Positions 38,284 to 48,622 of a stretch of DNA of 64,000 nucleotides are shown in pieces; position 1 is the first letter of the stretch; each line of letters begins with the position of its first letter. The stretch comes from Eledone cirrhosa (taxonomy: Eukaryota). A program made the translations under genes and the position numbers. Location: assembly GCA_964016885.1 (NCBI GenBank), contig OZ024758.1, positions 29,326,001 through 29,390,000 of the forward strand, in the 5' to 3' direction. The notes under the pieces were generated by a model that had not been told where the DNA came from, made no database searches, and saw nothing but the letters and a program-made list of their open reading frames with translations.

Positions 38284-39100
38284 TCATCATCATTTTACGT
38301 CTGCTTTTCCCTGCTTGCAAGGGTGGGATGGGTCCTACTCAGCACAGCATCTCTCCACTTGTCACGGTCCTTCGTCATCTCCTCCGTGAGCTTCAGCAAT
38401 CTGAGGTCATCCCACACCACCTCCGCCCATGTTTTTCGTGGTCTACCTCTACTGCGTCTTCCTTCTACTAGGATTTCTTGGCACTTCTTCACCCAGCGGT
38501 CATCTTCCATGCACATCACATGGCCATTCCAACGCAGTCTTCTCTCCCGCACACCACAACTTATCCCTCTTATACACAGTTTCTCTCTCAACTTGTCTAT
38601 GCTTAGTCGTTCATGCACATTGACATTACACATCCAACGGAGCATACTTGCTTCATTTCTCTCCAGCCGTCGCATATCCTCTGCAGTTGCTGCCCATGTC
38701 TCACTACCATGCAGCATCACGCATCTCACACAGGCATCATATAACCGGCCTTTTGTTCATAGGGAGAAACCCTTCGTTGTCAACAGAGGAAGCAGCTCCC
38801 TAAACTTCTTCCATCCTGTCCTTATTCTAGATACTATGGCCTCAGAGCACCTTCCTTCCTAGCTAATCTGATCACCTAGGTATCAGAAGCTATCAACCAC
38901 CTCTATAGATCCTATCAGCATTTGAAAAATATGTCTATCACTGTAACTTCTACTGTCAAATTTCCCTGTACATCTACTGCATATGGAGTTTTCTATACCT
39001 GTTAGTTTGCCTGCTATCCCACTACACCTCTTCTGTACCCAAGATCTGCATTGTGTACATTCTATAGAGGTTATGCCAACTCCTTTTCTACATATCGATA
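38284..39100 (-). mobile_element. RTE-clade LINE 3' fragment (same family at 46580-47040 + and 55343-55899 +)
   Basis: Encodes MLHGSETWA...LERNEASMLRWMC...RERRLRWNGHV...RGRPRKTW and ends in a (ATG)n tail. Confidence 0.92.
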
Positions 39101-40707
39101 TGTAGTAGTAGTAATAAATTTAGTAAAAATATCCAAGCACTCAGTTCATCGGACAAGTTTTAATATATTAAATCCAATACTACCACGATGATGGAGAAAT
39201 GCTAGGACAGAACCTAGCGTTTCTCCATGTTAGGTCTTCACTGTAGTATTGAATTTGATTATATATATATATGAATAAAGTTAGTCCTTCATCAGTGATC
39301 TTCCAACCATCATTGGTATTTCATCGCTTTAAAGACCATATACCTCCAGTTGGTGCGAGCAACGGCTAAAAAAAGTCGTTGGGACACGTAAATAAAGGGG
39401 ACACGAGTGTAAACAAACAAAGATGGTGAAGCAACGAAAAGTGAGGAAGAAGGAGTCAAGTCCCAAATTTCTATGAATTTAAATTCGGTGAAATCATGAA
39501 CGAGAGAGAATAAAGACCATCAAACCTGGTTGGAATGTGAGCAAGGAAGGAATTCCGTACAGGTCTAACGGGAGGAAGAAGGGATCTAGTCTGTGAATTC
39601 GGTGAACGTAAGTTCTGTGAAATCGTAGACGAGAGAGAGAGAAAAAAGCGACCTGCCAGACCAAGGGTGCGAAAGAAAAGAATTACGCACACGTCAAACG
39701 GGAAGGAGGAGGAGGAGAGGTAGTAACAGAGAATGAGTGAGTGAAGGGTGAGGAAGAGGCTAACAGAGAGAGTGACTGCTAGAGAGGGTAAAGATACAGA
39801 GAAAGAGGAAGCAGTAAGAACGAAATAGACGGGTCACAGCGGGGAATATTGGAAAATGTGTGAGATGCTTGGTTCAGTTGGGTATATTTGAAAAAAAGGA
39901 AAAGAATGACTTCACTTGTACCAACTCATAACATTATATTATAAAATTAAATCAATTTGTTTAGAACTACAATTGAAAAACATCCTGCCATTATTTTCAT
40001 CAAAGGTCATTTATTGAAATGGAACCAGCAGGAGGGGATTTTTACAGCCCCTTTCTTAAACAATCCCATCCCATTATCTTGCTGTGTATAAATGTATATG
40101 TACATTCACCATTTTCTGTGTATATATGTATGTGTGCTTGTGTGTGTGTGCGTGTGTGTGTGCGTATGTATGCTTTAATTCCTTTAAATCTTCATCAACA
40201 CTCCTTCACTCCCACACTCATTAACACCCCACCCCGCAGACACATCCAAATCTTTCTTATATATATATAGTCACACATCACAACAACCTGATCTCAGTTT
40301 GACAATCGCCACCGACGAATGTGAGAAAGTTCTCCAGGAAAGTTAACCTTTTAAAATTAATCTTTTAAAGTTAATCTTTTAAAATTTTCCCACCGAAGTT
40401 AACAAAGAACTTACTAGATCTATCAACTCATAATATTATAAAATTATAAAATTAAATCAATTTGTTTAGAACTACAAGTGAAGTCATTCTTTTCTTTTTT
40501 TTTCATATATATCTATATATATATATGTATTATTATCATTATTATTTTAACTGAATCCCGCCGAGGTTTACTTTGCCTTTCATCCTTACGGGGTCGATAA
40601 AATAAAGTACCAGTAATGCACTGGGTAATTGCTGGCCTTGTGCCAAAAGTAGAAACAATTATTATTTTAACTGAATAACAATTTCTATTTAAATCAATAT
40701 AAAGATA

Positions 40708-42805
40708 GATTTCTTTATTTGCCACAAGGGCGCACAGGAAAAGGGGACAATACAAAGACATGCCGGGGATTTTACATACAGTCGTGTAAAAAAATACAAA
40801 ACAAACAATTACAACAATCAAAATCCCCAATAGGGGGGAAGCGCCACAAATGGGTTGTTTAATACCCCATCGATAGAACAACCCTCAACTCCAGGAGTGT
40901 GTTGTGCAAGTGCTCCTTTCTTTAACCTACAGGCTTATAAACAGAGAAGGCCCAATCACTCGGGCCATTTTCGCTTCATTCACCCCACCTTTCAGTAAAT
41001 AGGTTTGTGACAGGGGTTGCCAACATCCTGCGAAAACTGTTCTTTCAATTCCTGATAGGTTTCTATCGAAATTCTTATTAGTTTTAGGTGTGCAGACAAT
41101 TCTGCTTTGACGAAAGTTTTGCCCTCCGTCTCCACCTTGGGGTTTTGGGAGATGACCTCCATCAAACTCTTGTTGTGTGTGTTGATGTATGCGTATTGTT
41201 GTTTTGGTTGTATTGTTTTAGTTTGTTGTTCGTCTGTGAGTTTTCTTTTTTTGTGTTTGTGTTGGTGTTTGTTTGGTTGGTAGGGGGAGGTTTGGTTGTG
41301 GTGCTGTTTGTGTCTGTGGTTGTGTGTTGGGAGTTTTGTGGTGTCTCTTTTTCTGTTTTTTAGATTTCCGAAGCTCTCCTTCTTCTTCACTTAAAGAAGG
41401 AGAAGCAGCCTCATCTGTCGATGAATAATCATCGTCAGGAGTGTGGGGTAGGGGTATGTTGTGTGGTGGTGGTGTTTCGGTGTGTGTGTTTGTGGTAGTG
41501 TTTGATGGAGTGAGATGGGGTGGGTCTGTGTTCTTCAGGTGTGTTTTTTTCTGTTGTTGTTGGTTGAGTGGCTGTTTGTTCGTTTTGTCTGTTGTTGTGG
41601 TGGTGGTTGTTTTGGTGTTGGTGTTGGTAACAGTACTTTTTTTTAAAGATTTGTTTGTAAAGGGCAGGAGGCTTTTAGGTGTGATGTGCTTGCACATCGA
41701 AAACAGTGTGGCTTTCTGCCCTCAGTTACGATGTTGATTTAGTTCTGGTTGTCGACCAGAACTCTTTCGGGGTTTTTGGAAATTCTTTCTGCTGTCATTC
41801 GTATCAGAATTTCCAAATTTGTCCCTGCCCACCTTTGTCTGGTCGACTTCCTGAATTGTATCACTTTCTGGCTCTATAAAACCTGCCAAGATCCACCAAA
41901 TGTTGATGTTGAGTGGTATATTATTTATTTTAATTTTTTGAATTCTTTTTCCCATGTAAGTAGGGAAAAAGGTGTGTGTTTTTGTAATGACTGGTGTAAC
42001 AGAATGCTTTTGTGCGAGGGCCTTGCTTTTAAAAAGTACCGAAATACTTCCATATAGTCTGGCCCTCTGCATAAAATCAATGTCCAGCAGAGCCTCTTTC
42101 AAGGTTGTTTCAATTTCTCTTTGACTGAGGAATACCGGTTTTTTTCGTTTGATTTGAGACAGTTCTGAAGGTTACCGTCCTTCGAACTGTTTCTCGTTTA
42201 ATTTCCAAGGGTGAGTTTATATGAAACCCACGCTTTTCTTCAAAGGTTATGAATTGTTTTACATCGGTCAACATTTGTTTGGAGTTGCTTATGTCGATGT
42301 GTTTGTACTCTGTTTTATTTATCACAGTCTGTGTGAATGTTGTTTTTTCAATTTTGTTGTTGTTGTTGGTTTTTTCGTGTGTAGTTGTGTCAATTGCTTC
42401 AAATTCTGTATTTTCTGCATTTTTTGGTGTCTGTTGTGGGCTGTTATCTTCATCTTTTGTTGTGTAAATATCCATTTCTTTACGAAACGAAGTTTTGTTG
42501 TTGTTTGTCTCCATAGATACTTCTATGGAAATAGAGGGAGACATAATGCTTATATCTGCCTCTTTCCCTATCTTCTCGCTGTCTAGCGTTCGCTGTACGT
42601 CACACATTGTTAAAGTTAGGAAAATTTTTAAAAATTTAATTTCTGCCCCTGTGGGGCGAAAACAGAGATTACCACCCAGCTGACAATTCAGCCTGGGTGG
42701 TAATCTATCAAACAATATAAATTTTTACAAAATAAATGCTGTTTTTGTATAGAAAATTTGACAAAAACTTACCAGTGATCTACCGCACGTCCGATAGAGA
42801 GAGAG
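40708..42805 (-). mobile_element. L1/Tx1-like non-LTR element carrying only a frameshifted gag-like ORF1 (no EN/RT)
   Basis: 18-bp TSD TAAATCAATATAAAGATA at 40690-40707 and 42806-42823. CCHC knuckle CFRCASTSHLKASC at 41705-41664. AATAAA near the 3' end. Confidence 0.8.
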
Positions 42806-42856
42806 TAAATCAATATAAAGATAAAGTGTTTACTAGAACCAAAAATATAGTCTCAC

Positions 42857-42995
42857 CAATATCTAAATAAGATATCACAGATCCTTGATCCAGTTGAAAT
42901 ATTCCTTCCATGATACCAGTTCGATCTTTGGGATTAGACAACCATTTCTTGAAACTTCCATCCTTAAGAATGTTCTGTACTGAATGTGTTTCATC
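42857..42995 (-). CDS. XNDC1N: XNDC1N-like, exon 2
   Basis: 139 nt, encodes DETHSVQNILKDGSFKKWLSNPKDRTGIMEGIFQLDQGSVISYLDI, with AG acceptor and GTGAG donor. Confidence 0.88.
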
Positions 42996-43225
42996 CTACA
43001 GATAATAAAGAAAATATATTTATAAACACCAACACCAATGACAACCTTATCTAATTCAAAGTGTTTACTAGTCTTGAATCTAAAAGGCATTATTCAACCA
43101 CCATAATATTCGTAACTATAATGATTTCTTTATTCGTAACTATAATGAAATGATGATGATGATGATGATGAATGACATATTACAAGCAAAATGAGACACA
43201 TTTCTGGAGCGATCCACACGACAGG

Positions 43226-43502
43226 TGCAATGTCATCGCCTCCATCTCTCTCCCCTTCCTCATCTATCTGTATTGTGAGCAAATGGGACCCTACGTGCTG
43301 GCCCCGCCCCACAGCCCCAGCGGACAGAATGGAGAAAATTACAGGGGGGCGGGGGGGGGGGGGGTTGCAATGTCATCGCCTCCATCTCTCTCCCCTTCCT
43401 CATCTATCTGTATTGTGAGCAAATGGGACCCCACGTGCTGGCCCCGCCCCACAGCCCCAGAGGACAGAATGGAGAAAATTACAGGGGGGGGGGGGGGGGG
43501 GG
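43226..43502. repeat. Tandem duplication of about 140 bp, each copy ending in a G-run
   Basis: TGCAATGTCATCGCC...AAAATTACA(G)n occurs twice. Confidence 0.9.
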
Positions 43503-43632
43503 CTCGAAACTTCGCCAACAAAAGTTATTCGTTTCAGTATTTCGAGAAAGTCAAGTTATTATTTTATATTTCTCATTGTTGTTAGTTTCATTTTAAACAC
43601 TTTTTTTATTAAACATTATATATTTAATTACA

Positions 43633-43824
43633 GGCGGTGGATTGGCAGTATCAGTAGAGGGTGGGACGCCATGCTTTGAAGCATAGAGTTACCTCCCTAT
43701 ATGATCTGAGTTCAAATCCCGCCGAGGTTAACTTTGCCTTTCATCCTTACGGGGGTCGATAAAATAAAGTACCAGTAATGCACTGGGTAATTGCTGGCCT
43801 TGTGCCAAAAGTAGAAACAATTAT
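43633..43824 (+). mobile_element. tRNA-derived SINE family A (representative copy). Others at about 9080-9260 +, 13997-14180 -, 25247-25420 -, 27672-27860 +, 32558-32727 +, 40555-40662 +, 50465-50675 -, 51929-52119 -, 54700-54866 -
   Basis: A box (TGGCAGTATC.G) and B box (GAGTTCAAATCC), conserved body GCCTTTCATCCTT.CGGGGTCGATAAAATAAAGTACCAG, (ATT)n tail. TSD TTTAATTACAG here. Confidence 0.88.
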
Positions 43825-44899
43825 TTATTTAATTACAGTTGTATAAATTTAGAGTAGAATAACGTTGCAAATATGTTTTAAATATGTACATAAATAACAT
43901 AACAAATATAAAATCATGAAGAAAAATGATAAAGGAAAGAAAGAAGAAAAAGAGGGCGGGGGGCAATTCACCTCCATTTTAAACAATGCAGCAAATCTTA
44001 ACATTTATGAGAATAAAACAGTTTGTAGAGGAATCTTCGACGAGAGATTTCGAAACAAAAAAAACACCATGTCAGTCACTGGATTGATTGTGTTTACACT
44101 TTAAAATGAGGAGGGTTGGTGTTTCCTCATCAACTTTAAGGTGTAGATTACATCAATGAAATTTATTAGAAAAAGTATTTATTTTCGCAATTCATGGTTA
44201 TAGAAATTATATTGCCTTCCTCTAGAAAATCACACATTATCCTGATCGATATTATTAATTAAAAACATAAAATTAAAAGGCACGACCAACAAATCTTCGA
44301 GTTGTTTAGCCTACTTACTTCTTTTTCCTTAGTTTTTCTTTCCTTTATCATTTTTGTTCATGATTTTATATTTTTGTGTCATTATTCACGGTTTCAATAA
44401 AATATATTTTTTTTAAATCGCAAATATTCAGTAAATGAAAGCACTGACGAACAAAATTATATATAATACTGAATGAATAAAAAATGATATCAACATATTT
44501 GCAATCTACACTAAAAATGTGTCCCTGCACAAATTTCATTAAAAATATTCATAATTAAAAAGTTACGAGAAAAGAAAATTAGGTGAGGTGGAGACCACAA
44601 AACTGTTATATAAAAAATATATCATTGCTGGCAAATATTTAAAAGCGATTAATTAAAAGAAATATAATTATTAACCTGCATAAATCACTACCACATTAAC
44701 TGTATGTTTGAAAGCAACTAATATTTTTAACAGATGTTGACAACTAACCAAGTTTTGCAGCGTGTTAACAACTATTCTAGCAAAATATACACTTATTTAG
44801 ATATAAATAATAAACTTGTACAAACAGAAATTAACACATATCCCATTAGAATTCACAAAAGAATACTACGGACATAAAATAATTTAAAAATACATTTAC

Positions 44900-44947
44900 C
44901 TGGGAAGTGAAACTGACAACATATTTCAAGGCGACACGTCGCGCCAT
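44900..44947 (-). CDS. XNDC1N: XRCC1 N-terminal domain-containing protein, exon 1 (MARRVALKYVVSFTSQ)
   Basis: AAAATGG start, CAG|GTAAAT donor. Matches the XRCC1-N/XNDC1N start motif 'VVSFSSQD'. Confidence 0.88.
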
Positions 44948-47172
44948 TTTTAATTTTGGCGCTACTCTTGGGAGCGTTTTGTATAATTTAGATTTCCATA
45001 CAGGGAGTATTCATTGCTTGGGTTATAGTAGAACATAATTCCACGAAAGAAAGTTTTATATTGATCGTAACAATATCATTAAAATACATATAATAGCAGA
45101 ATATATTTTAGAATTGACACTATCTATTTCTATAAAGAAATATATCTTTCTATATATATTATGGCTCTGAACAAAATCTATTGAGCTTGTTTATTAAGAA
45201 GCACAAAAATAAACTTGTATTTATTGAGTGCGCGTGTGTTTATATATATATATATATATATACACATAAGTGTGTGTATACATATACACGTTTTTGAAAA
45301 TCTTGAAACCTGTAAAGTGAGGAGGTAGCTGTGCCCATCACATTTGCAGGCACTCTGAAACTAATGGTGTTGATGTTTAGTTTAAATTGTTGCAGGAGCG
45401 AATACCAGAGGGAAAATGTTCTGGGGAGGAATAGCTGGGCACTGTAGTTATTGGGGGGGGGGGGGGGGTCGTGAAAGGGATATAGGTGATGTGAGGTGGA
45501 GACACAAATAAAGTGAGTGAGTGAAAGGGATACAATATCAGTCAGAGGCCACCGTAGTAACAGTAAAATAGATCACCTGTGGGCCAAAGACTGAAGTCTG
45601 TCTGTCAGTGGCTTTATATAAATCATAAGAGTGACATTTTTCCGGATACAATCTAAGACAGCAGTCGCCCACCAGTGGTCCGAGAGAAAATTTTGGTAGT
45701 CCACAGAAAAATTTTAATGTATTTATCTTTTTAAAAAAAATTCATATTAGGGGTCCACGCGATTTAAAATTATGAATTTAGTGGTCCGTGAGGTCAGCAA
45801 CCGCTGTTCTAGGATATTTGTATGTTATAACAGCACCGTCTCATTGTGTGTCTTGCTTGAGCTTTTTAGGGAGTCAGATGTTGCAGTCTGAAGTATTTTA
45901 TGGCTCTGAAGAGAAGAGTTAGTCTTTTAGAAGCAGTTCTATGTTTACGATGTGTGTTGACCATGAAAGATCTTCAGTGAGACTGGGGCCTAGTATTTGG
46001 AGTGAATGTGAATGTTTAACGTCCATTTTCCACACTTGCATGGGTTAGATGAGTTGTCATGTTATGAGACTAGTCAGGTCCAGTGACCACCTCTTGCTCA
46101 TATGGATCTGTATTTTGACTTGGTTTCTGTGGTTGGATGCCCTTCCTAACACCAGCATGACCACTTTACAGTATAGACTGGGTGCTTTTTATCTTGGCAC
46201 CAAAATAACTACCTTACAGGGTGAACTGGGTGCTTTTTATCTTGGCACCAAAATAACTACCTTACAGGGTGAACTGGGTGCTTTTTATCTTGGCACCAAA
46301 ATAACTACCTTACAGGGTGAACTGGGTGCTTTTTGTTGTGTCACCAGCACAACCACGTAACAGTGTGGATTGAGTGCTTTTTCGTGTCATATATATATAT
46401 AGAAAATAAAGTTTGTTTTTTATTCCACACAGTTAGAAATATAAAGAAAAGTTGAAAATGCACTTTAGAGCTCTGAGGAGGATTTATCGCGAGATTGAGG
46501 ATCACATAATGGAGTTGGGTCCATAACTCCTATGATACACAAATATCTTTTATATGTAAATGAAACTTCCTGGTTTTTTATGATGCCTGTGTGAGATGCA
46601 CAATGCTGCATCGTAGTGAGACATGGGCAGCAACTGCAGAGGATATGTGATGGCTGGAGAGAAATGAAACAAGCATGTTCCGTTGGATGTGCAATGTCAA
46701 TGTGCTTGAACGACCAAGCATAGATAAGTTGAGAGAGAAACTGGGTATAAGAGGGATAAACTATAGTGTGTAGGAGAGAAGACTTCGATGGTATGGACAT
46801 GTGATGCACATGGAGGATGACCGTTGGGTCAAGAAGTGCCAAGAAATCCCAGTAGAAGGAAGATGCAGTAGAGGAAGACCATGAAAAATATGGGCAGAGG
46901 TGGTGAGAGCTGACCTCAGATTGCTGGAACTCACGGAGGAGATGACGAAGGACCGTGACAAGTGGAGAGATGTTGTGCTGAATAGGACCCATCCCACCCT
47001 TGCAAGCAGGGAAAAAAATGGACGTAAAATGATGATGATATATATTATCATCATATATGTGTGTTTGTATACGCTCAAGTGAAAATGTTTGATATATGTG
47101 TATCTCCTCTGCACAAACATACATTTTTTATCTACATACATCATCATCACCACCACCATGGGTTAGGCAATG

Positions 47173-47279
47173 AAATATATGCAATGCTTCATGAATTTGT
47201 ATGTCATCCTTGCACCGGGACTGTGCTAATCTTCTCTGTATTGTTCAAATTTTAGTACATGTACTGCCAAAGGAAGCAC
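47173..47279 (-). pseudogene. U6 snRNA degenerate full-length copy
   Basis: The reverse complement reads GTGCTTCCTTTGGCAGTACATGTACTAAAATTTGAACAATACAGAGAAGATTAGCACAGTCCCGGTGCAAGGATGACATACAAATTCATGAAGCATTGCATATATTT. The ACAGAGA box and AGC triad are intact, with many substitutions elsewhere. Confidence 0.9.
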
Positions 47280-47589
47280 ACGTAAAAATATAGAAAGATT
47301 TGAAGAAGTTTTGGGGAAAATGTTTAATGATGTATCATTATCATTTTTACGTCCATTTTTCTACAATGCATAGGTTGGTCAGATCCTTTTCAGCACAGCA
47401 TCTTTCCACATTCCACGATGAAATTTTAAAGCAAACAACTTTTGCTGTGGTATTTTAAGCTGTAATCATGTCACAGCTTCCTGAGTAGCTGTGAGACTAC
47501 CAGACACCGGTGTTTTAGTGTTTTTATCCATCAGCAGTGATGTTTACTCACTCAGTACTGAAGCAAAATTAAGCTATAGCTTATGTACT

Positions 47590-48090
47590 CTTTGTGTATA
47601 AAACAGTCATTAGAAGGAAGTTATGAAAACCAAACTCGATATCTTCAATTTGGTGTTTATGTCTACCCTTAATTATGGTCATGAATTTTAGGTAATGTCC
47701 AAATTAATATTATTGTGAATATAAATGGCTGATGTGAGGTTCCCCTAAAGGGTCTTTAGAGTAACATTACTTGATAAAGTGTGTAACATGAAGATCAGAA
47801 AGTTGCTCCAGGTAGAGCCACTATTTCTCTGAATTGAGAGATCACAGATCCAATTCTACGAACATGTGGGTACAATGTTTAAGAAAATAATCACTGGACA
47901 TATTTTACTGGCAAAACCAACTGACAGGAGACCCAGGAATAGACCACAAGATAACATCCATGAGTTCAGCTGGTTTCGCTAGGGGATCCAGCCAGAGATG
48001 GTTGCTGCTGATAGAACTTTCTAGAGGGCATGTCTGAGGACTTTTCCCCACAACCCTCCCAGAAATAAGTGGGCAAAGAACATATGGGGA
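47590..48090 (+). mobile_element. Old RTE-clade relic
   Basis: Degenerate YGHE.W ... GRRPRNRP-like codons. A related sequence lies at 8100-8329 and 8995-9055 on the minus strand. Confidence 0.55.
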
Positions 48091-48538
48091 CGTTCATTTG
48101 CATATAGTGCCTGTTTGACTTACCTGGGATTAATTAATGGTAAAGAGAGAGGTGTAGTATGAGGTAGTTAAACTACTCCTCTCTCTTTACACATGACAGA
48201 ATCACAGAAATTTATATATACACTTCTATTATGAATCAGGTTATTTTAGTGTTACTGCCAAAATTGAACAAATTCTAAAACAAATCAAATGCTTAAAAAT
48301 AACTTTATTCCAATATTAAACTTACAAAAATAAATCATATTTTGATTTTCTTCTCATTTTCATAGAAAAGTAATTTATTTTATAAAAATGAGCAATTTTT
48401 AATTTATTTATTCATCATCACAAGAAAACTATAGAAAAATCTTGGAAGAGAATATATTGAGAATAGTAGAGTATAGGTAATTTCTTTCTCCAGATACCTA
48501 CTAATAGAATTTAGAAACAAACATCCTATTGTTGTTAA

Positions 48539-48622
48539 CTATTCTTTAATTACAGGTGGAACATAATCATCCTTGATGGCAGCAGTTAAAGATTCTGCAT
48601 AGAGGTCAAGACGCTGTGTCAT
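48539..48622 (-). CDS. UPB1: Beta-ureidopropionase last coding exon
   Basis: Encodes MTQRLDLYAESLTAAIKDDYVPPVIKE*, TAG at 48541-48539, minus-strand AATAAA at about 48309-48304. Confidence 0.93.
   Translation of the reverse strand: MTQRLDLYAESLTAAIKDDYVPPVIKE

Noticed and set aside
39922-40478. Roughly 50-bp direct repeat (about 39922-39972 and 40424-40478) flanking 450 bp
   Set aside because: It could be a long TSD or a local duplication, but it is AT-rich and the enclosed sequence has no recognisable element hallmarks, so there is not enough to call.
43633-43720. tRNA genes at SINE heads (also 53155-53225, 27672-27765)
   Set aside because: A/B boxes are present, but they continue into SINE bodies with tails and TSDs, and no clean cloverleaf is evident.
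34380-44947. Calling the gene XRCC1
   Set aside because: No BRCT domains follow, and the motifs (VGKSDWP, WLSNPKDRTG) match XNDC1N better.
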